DNA from: Bacteroidales bacterium
GTDB lineage: Bacteria > Bacteroidota > Bacteroidia > Bacteroidales > DTGW01
Length of the DNA stretch: 64,000 bases
Assembly: GCA_026416115.1 (NCBI GenBank)
Contig: JAOAFU010000234.1
Span: forward strand, 3,393-67,392
Direction: 5' to 3'
Positions 17,242 to 26,098 of the stretch are shown piece after piece (position 1 is the stretch's first letter; each line of letters starts with the position of its first letter). Under the pieces are notes generated by a model. That model did not search any database and had not been told where the DNA came from. It was given only the letters and a program-made list of their open reading frames with translations. Both the position numbers and the translations under genes were made by a program.

Positions 17242-19302
17242 TTACATCCCTGTAATTTTAAATTCTACCCTTCTGTTTTGGGCTCTACCGTCGGCTGTTT
17301 TATTGGAAGCAACTGGTTGATGAGGACCATATCCCTTATAAGTAAGTCGTCCTTTTTCGATACCATTTTCTACTAGATAGGTTACGACAGCTTTTGCACG
17401 TGCTTCGGATAGGCGAATATTATAGGCTAATCCTCCTACATTATCGGTGTGCCCAGAAATTTCGAGGCGTAAAGTGGGATTCTCTTTAAGAAATGTAATA
17501 ACATTATTTAACTGCTGAAACGATTCCTCTTTAAGAATGGCTTTCCCAGTTTCGAAGAAAATATTCTTGAGTACAACTTTGGCCCCAACACTAAGCGGCT
17601 GGAGAAGAAAATCTTTTTGAATAATATCGGATTTTTCTTTTGTTAAATCAACAACCCCCAGATAAAGCAAATAACCACGGGTATTTATCTCCACACCAAG
17701 AGCTTTACGTTCGGGCAATTGGGTTTTATAATTTCCCAGCGAGTCGCTGAGTAAAGTAGCGACAACTTTCGATTTTTCGGAATCTATAAACTGAATTTTA
17801 GCCATAAGTCCTTTTTGTGTTTCCGAATCGAGTACTCTACCCATTAACACCAATGAGGAATCGACGGTAAGCATGGATATAGCGACACGATTCATGGTGG
17901 GTTTATCGTATAATTCATAAGCAAGTGGACTAGGTTCTCCTAAATTAATAAATTCCTTAGCTGCTCCTAAATACACTACCTTATAAATATCTTTACCACC
18001 AACGGATTGCTCTCTATTCGACGATAAATAGGCAATTTTTCCATTAGATAAGGCTACATAAAACAAATCGTCGTCGGGGGTATTTATGGGATACCCCATG
18101 TTTACAGGTTTCGACCATCCCGATTCGGTTTTTGTCGAATAAAAAATATCGTATCCTCCCATTCCTGGGTGACCTTTTGAGGAGAAGTAGAGTGTTTTCC
18201 CATCGGGCGAAATACTCACTCCCTCTTCATTATAAGGTGTATTAATAAGGGGACCCATGTTTTTGGGTTTCGACCAATCGCCATCTTCATCTTTTTCGCA
18301 GTAGTAGATATCTTTTCCACCAATTGAACCTTTTCGTTCGGCATCGCTAACAAAATAGAGGTACTTACCGTCGGGCGAGAAACAAATCGATGTTTCACGC
18401 GAACCACGAGTATTAATTCTTCTGAAGGCATGCAGCCCACTCCAACGATTCTCTTTTTTGCAAGTAAAATAAATATTTCCGTTGCCTTTGCTGCTGTATA
18501 TATAAAGCGTATCGCCTGAAGGGGAAGCTGCTACAACTGCTTCGTTGTGTTTGGATGTAAGACGCTTATCGAGTAGCTGGGGAGGTGTCCAGTCTCTCGA
18601 GGTTTTCTTCGAAACATAAATATCTTCGCTAAATTTTTGATCGAGAGGGTTGCGCTTAGTGTTTGTACGTGAGGGTCTTCGGGAAGTGAAATACAAAATA
18701 TCTTCTTTTGCCGTAAAAACAGGATAAAAATCGTCGTATTCAGAATTCAGACTTTTACCTAAATTTTGAACTACCACTCGTTTGGGCTCAGCAACAAGCA
18801 TTTTACCTGTTTCACATTGTTCGATAAGCTGATCGAGATTATATGGAATTTTCTTAAGCATTCGTGGTGTTAGACTTGACTTAAATAAACGATATTCTTT
18901 CACAGCATTATCGAAATCGAGGCTCATATGATATGCACGACCTAACTGCAAATGAATATCACGAGAAACATTATTATTGAGCTCGAAAGCTTTCTTAAGG
19001 TACTGTAATGCTTCATTTTTTTCGTCGGCATATAAATAACATATACCTATCCGATAATTTAAAGCAGCATTTTTATCATTGTATGCATAGGCTTTCAAAT
19101 ATTCAACTCGAGCTTCACGATAAAACGCAGGACCTTTATTGTACAATTTATTTCCTTTTTTTATAGCTTTCCATGCTGCCTCACTGCCTTGTTCGGTTGT
19201 AATAAATTGAATTTTTTTAATTCTTACCTTTTCCTGTGCTAAAATTATGGTTGGAAACAACATCAACAAAAATGCTACTTTAATAAAAAAAGTTGTTTTC
19301 AT
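17242..19302 (-). CDS. OmpA-family protein with TPR, TolB-like (PD40/WD40-like) beta-propeller repeats and a C-terminal OmpA peptidoglycan-binding domain
   Basis: 686 aa with a signal peptide. Repeated SPDGKxLYF motifs. C-terminal OmpA_C motifs (ISGHTDNVG...YNIRLSEARAKAV...NRRVEF). Confidence 0.85.
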   Translation of the reverse strand: MKTTFFIKVAFLLMLFPTIILAQEKVRIKKIQFITTEQGSEAAWKAIKKGNKLYNKGPAFYREARVEYLKAYAYNDKNAALNYRIGICYLYADEKNEALQYLKKAFELNNNVSRDIHLQLGRAYHMSLDFDNAVKEYRLFKSSLTPRMLKKIPYNLDQLIEQCETGKMLVAEPKRVVVQNLGKSLNSEYDDFYPVFTAKEDILYFTSRRPSRTNTKRNPLDQKFSEDIYVSKKTSRDWTPPQLLDKRLTSKHNEAVVAASPSGDTLYIYSSKGNGNIYFTCKKENRWSGLHAFRRINTRGSRETSICFSPDGKYLYFVSDAERKGSIGGKDIYYCEKDEDGDWSKPKNMGPLINTPYNEEGVSISPDGKTLYFSSKGHPGMGGYDIFYSTKTESGWSKPVNMGYPINTPDDDLFYVALSNGKIAYLSSNREQSVGGKDIYKVVYLGAAKEFINLGEPSPLAYELYDKPTMNRVAISMLTVDSSLVLMGRVLDSETQKGLMAKIQFIDSEKSKVVATLLSDSLGNYKTQLPERKALGVEINTRGYLLYLGVVDLTKEKSDIIQKDFLLQPLSVGAKVVLKNIFFETGKAILKEESFQQLNNVITFLKENPTLRLEISGHTDNVGGLAYNIRLSEARAKAVVTYLVENGIEKGRLTYKGYGPHQPVASNKTADGRAQNRRVEFKITGM

Positions 19303-19310
19303 GATATGTC

Positions 19311-20360
19311 TTATTTACATTCATTAACGAAATGGGCTGCATCTTGGAACCCTAATGAAAGAGCTGTTTTCCAATCGGAACAGGCTCCATCAATATCGCC
19401 AGTTAATTCTTTACAGAATCCACGATTTAGATATGCCTCTGCCGACTTGCTATTAATCTGCAGAGCTTTATTGTAGCTATCTATTGCATGTTTGTGATCA
19501 TTTTTCTTAGCATATGCATTTCCTAAATTTACGTATGCTTGAAAATAGTCGGATTTCAATTCTGTTACTTTTATAAAATCTTCGATTGCTCCATCATAAT
19601 TTCCTAAGTTATATTTTGCTATACCCCTATTATTGAATGCGATGAAATTTTTAGGCTGTTTGCTTATTAATAGGTCTAACTCTTTAATTGCACCAGCAGG
19701 ATCACCGTTATAAATCTTAGCCAGAGCAATATTGTTGTATGCAGCAATTAAAGTAGAATCGAATTGAACGGCCTGTTGAAAATCATAGATAGCACCACTG
19801 TAGTCTTTTAAGAGAAGTTTTACACGACCTCGATCAAAATAGCTAAGCGCATAACGAGGCTTTTTGTCAATAGCCATCGAAAAATCGGAAGCTGCTCCAG
19901 CAAATTCCTTTTTGTAAACCCTATAAATACCGCGATAATAATATACCTCGGGAATGTTAAAACCGTTCTCCAATGCTTTATTGAAATATTCAGGCTTTAC
20001 AGATGCCGTATCTGTAATCAACTGGATATATGCTAAATAGAACCATGCTTCTCCAAGCTTTTCGTTAAGTTGAACAGCTTTTTCAAGATCTGCCGCAGCT
20101 GCCTTTCGATTATTTGTTTCGAACTGAGCTTTGGCTCGTTGTAAGTAGGCTAATGCATGCTGATTATTTAATTTTATACATTCGTTGAATGCCTCAACGG
20201 CTTGTTTATACTGACCCGACTGAAAAAAACCAACTCCTTTGTTGTATGCTACATCGGCATTTTTTCTTTGTTGTGCCAATTCCCAATCCGATTGGCTATA
20301 ACTCCGTTCCAGTATAAACAATATACTTATTGCAATAGCTGTTATTAGCTTCATTCTCAT
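19311..20360 (-). CDS. Exported tetratricopeptide-repeat protein
   Basis: 349 aa with a signal peptide. About eight 34-aa TPR units (A..YN.G......G.Y..A...F..A). Lies 8 nt upstream of the OmpA-family gene. Confidence 0.8.
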   Translation of the reverse strand: MRMKLITAIAISILFILERSYSQSDWELAQQRKNADVAYNKGVGFFQSGQYKQAVEAFNECIKLNNQHALAYLQRAKAQFETNNRKAAAADLEKAVQLNEKLGEAWFYLAYIQLITDTASVKPEYFNKALENGFNIPEVYYYRGIYRVYKKEFAGAASDFSMAIDKKPRYALSYFDRGRVKLLLKDYSGAIYDFQQAVQFDSTLIAAYNNIALAKIYNGDPAGAIKELDLLISKQPKNFIAFNNRGIAKYNLGNYDGAIEDFIKVTELKSDYFQAYVNLGNAYAKKNDHKHAIDSYNKALQINSKSAEAYLNRGFCKELTGDIDGACSDWKTALSLGFQDAAHFVNECK

Positions 20361-21027
20361 GGCTGTATTTTTTTCATTGCCAGCATTTAATTCTAAGAAA
20401 ACTTCCTATAATAAATAGGATATGCGAATATATTCATTTTTAATGAATTTTTATTTCAATATAGCATATTTTATTTTATATGAAATCCATATAATCCCAA
20501 TCGTGAAAATAGCTTCCATTTATGTTGTATTTCATTAGCTACGATATTCTTTACCCAAGACTATATACTGAAAAATATGTTCACTCTGGCACTCAACAAA
20601 AATCAACGACGTTTTGAAATTAGTATTGAGACAACATACCTTGTTTCATAATTTGATTGCTATCACTCAACAGGTTTATAAAATGACTTTTTTCGATAAA
20701 ACAAATAACCAAGCTGCAGCCATTAAACATGGTTGATTAGTATCTTTGTAATTGAAACCCCTTTGGCCTAAGATTAAGCTCCCATTAGCGACATCTATCT
20801 GCTGGAAAGTAAATCCTACTCATATTATCCAATGTTATTAACCCCTGCTTAAGTGAATTATCTAACAACAGGAATATATTTTTTTGGTACGATTTTCTAC
20901 CTATCCATTATATAGTTAAACATATAGTTAATCATCTGCAATGTTCTATTAAAAAAATTAATCACTTGTTTTTATTTCTTCATATAGATATCAATATAGA
21001 TAAAATACATCTTTAATAAAAAAGTAT

Positions 21028-21035
21028 TATATTTG
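21028..21035 (+). promoter_or_regulatory. -7 box (TATATTTG) upstream of gpx-ohrR
   Basis: Exact TAnnTTTG match 66 nt upstream of the 21102 ATG. Confidence 0.4.
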
Positions 21036-21101
21036 CATCGTGTGCGATATAATCGTACATGATATAAATTAGTAATTAAATTAAGTAAAAACAGTTGTAA
21101 A

Positions 21102-21719
21102 ATGAGAACAATTGAAAACTTAGCTAGGGAAAATTTTAAGCAAAAAGCTTTACGACTACTGTATCCTTTAATCAAAAAAATGGGAAAAAAGGGGAAAAAC
21201 GGAACAGTTTTAATAAATAAAGAACTCAAAGAGCCCATTTCATCATTTTACGCTTTGAAAGCGAAGCTAAATTCTGGAAAAGAATTAGATTTCAGCTTGC
21301 TAAAAGGTAAAAAAGTAATTATTGTGAATACCGCTTCCAATTGTGGTTATACAGCACAATATGCCGAGTTGCAAACATTATATGATCGTTTTGATGAATC
21401 AGTAGAGATTATAGGATTTCCTGCCAACGACTTTGCCGGACAAGAGAAGAGTAATGATAACGAAATAGCCGAATTTTGTAAGCTTAATTATGGTGTGACC
21501 TTTCCAATAGCCAAAAAAGGGGTAGTAATAAAAAATTTCGAACAACAAGAAATTTTCAGATGGCTCACCGATAAAAGATTAAACGGTTGGAACGATCATG
21601 CCCCCGATTGGAACTTCAGTAAATATATTATCAACGAACAAGGTATACTCACTCATTATTTTGGACCTTCAATTTCACCATTGGATGAAGAATTTTTAAT
21701 AGCATTAAAAAATAATTGA
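21102..21719 (+). CDS. Glutathione peroxidase family protein (Cys type)
   Basis: 205 aa. Motifs VNTASNCGYT, GFPANDFAGQE and WNFSKY. The N-terminal ~45 aa extension makes the start uncertain. Confidence 0.85.
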   Translation: MRTIENLARENFKQKALRLLYPLIKKMGKKGKNGTVLINKELKEPISSFYALKAKLNSGKELDFSLLKGKKVIIVNTASNCGYTAQYAELQTLYDRFDESVEIIGFPANDFAGQEKSNDNEIAEFCKLNYGVTFPIAKKGVVIKNFEQQEIFRWLTDKRLNGWNDHAPDWNFSKYIINEQGILTHYFGPSISPLDEEFLIALKNN

Positions 21720-21762
21720 TTTTTCAATATTTCTCCATATTTTCGATTCAAAAAGATAAAGT

Positions 21763-22203
21763 ATGGAATTTCATTATCTTAAATTAGAAAATCAACTATG
21801 TTTTCCTATTTATGCAGCGTCGCGTTTAATAATTAGAGAATATCAGCCTTTTCTGGAAAAGCTTAATATTACCTATCCACAATATCTGGTAATGATGATT
21901 TTGTGGGAGAACGATAGTATTGCTGTAAGTGAAATTGCGAAAAAGCTAATCCTCAATACTAATACTATAACGCCTATACTTAAACGTATGGAACAGCAGG
22001 GGCTGATTGTGAGGACGCGATCGGACGAAGATGAGCGAAAGGTTTTCGTCACATTAACCGAATTGGGCCAGAAATTAAAAGAAGAAGCTGCTAAAATTCC
22101 TGAAGCGTTAATTAATCGATTATTGAACAGTGAATTAAAAGTTGAAGATTTGATTAAGTTAAAGGAAAGTCTTAATGCTTTAATTTCTTTTTTGTCGAAA
22201 TAA
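21763..22203 (+). CDS. ohrR: MarR-family organic-hydroperoxide sensor/repressor OhrR
   Basis: 146 aa. Near-collinear match to B. subtilis OhrR as recalled: LKLENQLCF..YA.SR, KLNITYPQYL, TLTPxLKRMEQQGLI.R.RS.EDER. The sensing Cys is present (ENQLCF). Confidence 0.9.
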   Translation: MEFHYLKLENQLCFPIYAASRLIIREYQPFLEKLNITYPQYLVMMILWENDSIAVSEIAKKLILNTNTITPILKRMEQQGLIVRTRSDEDERKVFVTLTELGQKLKEEAAKIPEALINRLLNSELKVEDLIKLKESLNALISFLSK

Positions 22204-22224
22204 ACCTCCTAGTTGTATGACTAT

Positions 22225-22252
22225 GTAGAGACGTAATTTCTTACGTCTCTAC
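22225..22252. terminator. 12-bp perfect hairpin between convergent ohrR and tolC-like genes (probable bidirectional terminator)
   Basis: GTAGAGACGTAA-TTTC-TTACGTCTCTAC. The T-run is not immediately adjacent, hence moderate confidence. Confidence 0.55.
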
Positions 22253-22345
22253 GTTCTAATATTTTTAAAATACAGTCAAATCAAGCACATACCAACTCTC
22301 TCGTAGCATGTATATCATATGGACTTTTGGGAAGCTAATAACAAA

Positions 22346-23719
22346 CTACATTTTGAGAGCATTCCCCTTGTAAAAGTCGAGCACCTTAGTATTGAAAACA
22401 AACTGATATTTAGCTTGTAACAAGTCCGACTGGGCTTTTAAATAATTGTTTTTTGCAATGTTATAATCGATAGCACTAATGAGGCCAACTTCATATTTTT
22501 GTTGAACGTATTTAAAATTTTCTTCTTGTGATATAAGAGCTTCTTTGCGCGATTTGTAACTCTCGAACGAGGCTAAAGCATCGGCATAGGCTTGTTCAAT
22601 CTCTTTCCGTAGATCGAGCATTGTTTGTCGAAGTTGGTACTCGGCATCGAGTTTTCCTATTTTTGCATTAGATACGTTTGTTTGGATTTGGTAGCGTGTA
22701 AATATTGGGATAGAAAGATTAAGCGATAGTTGTTTGTAGAGTTTATCGTTCAACTGGTCACCTATAGGATATTTCTCGGTTATAGTTGGGTTTTGAGGGT
22801 CGATAGGACGTTCTGCATTAATGTTATACTGGGTATAATAATCGGCAGTTAGCGAAAGTTGAGGCAAACGACTTCCACGAGCCATTGCTAACTGGCTTTT
22901 GGCTTTTTCGAGAGCATAACGTGCACTTTTAATTTCGGGCATATTTTGCAAAGCAGATGCGAAAATAGAATCGGGATTTTCGTTAAAATTTTCGGGGACA
23001 CTGACATCGGGTATAGCTATAGCAAAATTTTTTATTGTATCGAGATCGAGCATCTGGGCTAACGAAAGATACGAAAGGTCGAGTTTATTTTTTGCATTAG
23101 TGAGCGATACCAGTTCGGCTGCATACGATGCTTCCATTTCGAGTAAAGAACCCCGAGCTACATTGCCAACTTCAAATAGTTTTTTGGTTCGTTCGAGTTG
23201 TTGTTTTGTGACCTCGGCTTGGCTCTTAGTAATTTCGTAATATTCGCGGTCGAATAATATCTGCAGGTAGGCCGAAGCTATAGCCAGAGCAACACTGTTT
23301 TTGGTTCGTTCTAACTGTTCTCTAGCCGAAAGAAAAGCATAACGTTGTGCTTTTACAGCATTAATTTTTTGAAAGCCACTAAATAGGGTAACATTACTTC
23401 TTAATCCCATGCTTCCGGCATTAACCTCGTTTGAATATGAGAAACTTGTATAGTCTGCTACCCTACCTTTGCCAACATTATGCGAAGCTCCTGCACCCAA
23501 ATCGGGTAAAAGATCGAAATAGGACTGTTGATAATTGTTTTTTGCAATCTCGGTTTGTAAAACTTGGCGCTTAATCGAAAGGTTGTTCTGATAGGCATAA
23601 GCTATGCACTCTTCGAGAGTCCAAAGACGTTGAGCCTCCAATTGGCTTGAAAATAATAAAAACAATCCAAATAACAAATTCGTAATTGTTAGTTTAAGGT
23701 ATTTCATAATTCGAAACAT
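22346..23719 (-). CDS. TolC-family outer-membrane efflux protein
   Basis: 457 aa with a signal peptide. Two-fold repeated coiled-coil/beta pattern typical of the OEP family (LTLEECIAYAYQNNLSIK...). Alternative start at 23707. Confidence 0.85.
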   Translation of the reverse strand: MFRIMKYLKLTITNLLFGLFLLFSSQLEAQRLWTLEECIAYAYQNNLSIKRQVLQTEIAKNNYQQSYFDLLPDLGAGASHNVGKGRVADYTSFSYSNEVNAGSMGLRSNVTLFSGFQKINAVKAQRYAFLSAREQLERTKNSVALAIASAYLQILFDREYYEITKSQAEVTKQQLERTKKLFEVGNVARGSLLEMEASYAAELVSLTNAKNKLDLSYLSLAQMLDLDTIKNFAIAIPDVSVPENFNENPDSIFASALQNMPEIKSARYALEKAKSQLAMARGSRLPQLSLTADYYTQYNINAERPIDPQNPTITEKYPIGDQLNDKLYKQLSLNLSIPIFTRYQIQTNVSNAKIGKLDAEYQLRQTMLDLRKEIEQAYADALASFESYKSRKEALISQEENFKYVQQKYEVGLISAIDYNIAKNNYLKAQSDLLQAKYQFVFNTKVLDFYKGNALKM

Positions 23720-23930
23720 TAATTGTTTGTTTATAAAATCAAAATATTAATTCAAATTAATTTATTTCTTATCGTTATCCTTACATTTTATAATTATGGA
23801 CAGCAAAAAGCATAGATACATTATAGCAGATTTTTAATATCAAATATTGTAATACATTTTTGTAATGCATATATTAGCAAATGAAAGACGAATAAGTAAT
23901 TGGTAAAGTTACATCAAAAAGGATATTTCT

Positions 23931-24488
23931 ATGGAAAAAAAATATTTGACACTTAAGCTCGATAAGGCATACCGATTGCTAAACTCAGGTGCAGTAGGAA
24001 TTATCTGTTCAAGAAGTCAAAGTGGTAAGTACAATTTAGCGCCAATAGCCTGGATGACACCCGTTGAATACGAACCCGCTACCCGAGTAGTTATAGTACT
24101 GGATAAAGAAAATTGTACATGCAAAAATATTTTAGAAACACAAGAATACGCTATTGCCATTCCTCACTTAAGCCAACTCGAGATGGTTAAGAAGCTTGGA
24201 AGCACAACAGGAAAAACTCACGATAAAATTTCATATTTCGATATTCCCACTTTTCCAGCGAAATTGATAGATGTAAAGCTTCCAGAAGGTTGTATTGCTT
24301 ATCTCGAATGCAAGCTATACAAAAAAATCGACGACGACAGTGTAATGCTATTAATGGCTGAGGTATTGCATGCCCAAGTTTTAGCTTCAGCTTTCGATCG
24401 AAGACTATTAGCAGAAAAAAAAGAAGGAAAAACATTGCATCATCTAGGAGGTAATGTTTTTGTTACTTCATCAGATGTAATTTACTAA
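23931..24488 (+). CDS. Flavin reductase-like (FMN-binding split-barrel) protein
   Basis: 185 aa. The N-terminal pattern (...NLAPIAWMTPV...) is typical of the flavin reductase domain family. Confidence 0.7.
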   Translation: MEKKYLTLKLDKAYRLLNSGAVGIICSRSQSGKYNLAPIAWMTPVEYEPATRVVIVLDKENCTCKNILETQEYAIAIPHLSQLEMVKKLGSTTGKTHDKISYFDIPTFPAKLIDVKLPEGCIAYLECKLYKKIDDDSVMLLMAEVLHAQVLASAFDRRLLAEKKEGKTLHHLGGNVFVTSSDVIY

Positions 24489-24589
24489 AACAGGCTGGTA
24501 TATCTCAATTTATGAATTTTATTATTTACATGCTGAAAATGGTAGATCTCTCCGATTCATAGCAGTAACCATTTAGAATAATGTATATT

Positions 24590-25267
24590 TTACTCAAGTA
24601 GCTTATTAATTATAGAGATCATTTGACGTTTAGAAACTTTTTTATAATCTTCGGGAACCTCCAAAGCAATTCCTTTAATCTCGACTTTTTTGTATTGAGA
24701 TGCAACAACTTTCATTTCGATATTAGGAAGTTGTATATTAAAGGCAACTAAAAGCCCATCAATATCTTTAAAAGGAGTTAAGCGATTGGGTTCTTCAACA
24801 GGCAAATCGTTGGTATAATAAACATCGAAAGGTTTTAAAGTAGTATCCATAAAAGTTACAATAGCTTTCTTACATTTAAAACCAGCTATTTGCAATGTAT
24901 CGTTTGTATGTTGAATTCGAATATTTTGCATGTATTCAAAAAAGAATGGCGCTTCATTTCTTTCGCCAGCATAATATAGCTTTTTATCCATTACTTTCAG
25001 CAAAGTAATGTTTCGGTTTTTGCGCAAATCGGCAATATTGCTTAAGGCAAACATGCCCATAAATCCTTCAATGGTAGTAATATTTTTATTACCGCTAAAT
25101 TTTAAAGTAATTTTTTTTGGCAAAAGGTTGGTTGGCATACTCGATTTGTTGGACAGGTATGTGACCTCGTATTCAATAATACCTTGAGGCTGTTGACTTC
25201 GAAAGCCCTCACGGCAAGCCACAAAGCACATTAAGCAAATCAGTCCACAAATCAGTCGTTGCTTCAT
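24590..25267 (-). CDS. Hypothetical lipoprotein
   Basis: 225 aa with a lipoprotein signal (...LMCFVAC). No other motif recognised. Confidence 0.5.
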   Translation of the reverse strand: MKQRLICGLICLMCFVACREGFRSQQPQGIIEYEVTYLSNKSSMPTNLLPKKITLKFSGNKNITTIEGFMGMFALSNIADLRKNRNITLLKVMDKKLYYAGERNEAPFFFEYMQNIRIQHTNDTLQIAGFKCKKAIVTFMDTTLKPFDVYYTNDLPVEEPNRLTPFKDIDGLLVAFNIQLPNIEMKVVASQYKKVEIKGIALEVPEDYKKVSKRQMISIINKLLE

Positions 25268-25598
25268 TCGCTTACTTGTTTGTATTAAGTATGCATAAAA
25301 TTATTTGCCGAGAAATGAATATACTAATTTTCTTCTTGCCAAATACATGTTTACAGCCAAAATCGTTAGTAATAAAATTTCATAAATAATTTACAATAAT
25401 AAGCATTTAGGCACAACCCTCAAAAAGTTTTTACAATTTAGGTATAAAAATAAATATACACCCATGAGTAATTATGAATTTAAAAAAAGCGTCGACAAGG
25501 GATGAAATAATTGGGCATTATTCTTGTAAGCATGATAAATTTAGATTTTTGAATAGGAAAAATTCTATTACTTTTACTTAGTAATAAAGAATGCAGGA

Positions 25599-26087
25599 AT
25601 GAAAATTTTACATATTCTACGCCATGGAAAATCATCGTGGGACTATCCTGGCATCGATGATTTAGATCGCCCTTTGATAGAACGAGGGATTAAAAACGCT
25701 ATTTCTACTGGAACATATTTGTTCGAGACATATGGTCAACCATCATTGATAATAACATCGCCAGCCATTAGAGCTTTACACACAGCTATTTTGATTGCCC
25801 GCTCGTGCGGTGTACCTTACGGAAAGGTAGTTATAGATGAACGAATTTATGAAAGTTATTCATCATCTATCATTGAGGTAGTTGAAGAATTACCATCGAA
25901 TTACGAGAGCATTGTTGTGGTTGGTCACAATCCTATGTTAACAGAGTTTTGCAACCTGTTTTTACCCGATTATCTTGAGAATTTACCTACCTCTGGATTA
26001 GTAACACTAACTTTTGATATTAAAACTTGGAGTATTGTAAATCAACAACCTGTATTGAGCAAAGTATATTTTCCGCGAAAAGATTAA
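25599..26087 (+). CDS. SixA-like histidine phosphatase family protein
   Basis: 162 aa. RHG catalytic motif (ILRHGKS) and a second His in VVGHNP. Lies 11 nt upstream of ppk1. Confidence 0.8.
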   Translation: MKILHILRHGKSSWDYPGIDDLDRPLIERGIKNAISTGTYLFETYGQPSLIITSPAIRALHTAILIARSCGVPYGKVVIDERIYESYSSSIIEVVEELPSNYESIVVVGHNPMLTEFCNLFLPDYLENLPTSGLVTLTFDIKTWSIVNQQPVLSKVYFPRKD

Positions 26088-26098
26088 GATAAAAAATT

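Noticed and set aside
20577-20651. 24-codon ORF (MFTLALNKNQRRFEISIETTYLVS) faintly resembling the N-terminus of small GNAT acetyltransferases
   Set aside because: The similarity is too short and weak, and downstream frames do not continue the resemblance. It is mentioned only as a possible gene remnant in the gap finding.
21036-21058. Imperfect inverted repeat ATCGTGT-N13-ACATGAT with inner CGAT-ATA-ATCG, just downstream of the gpx -7 box
   Set aside because: The arms are short (4-7 bp with a mismatch) and easily arise by chance. The ACAATT-containing repeat at 21092..21114 is the better OhrR-operator candidate.
20972-21238. 88-aa minus-strand ORF overlapping the gpx promoter and start
   Set aside because: It runs through the TATATTTG promoter box and the 5' end of gpx. 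It is Phe/Leu/Ile/Lys-rich, as expected from AT-rich DNA, and has no signal or motif.
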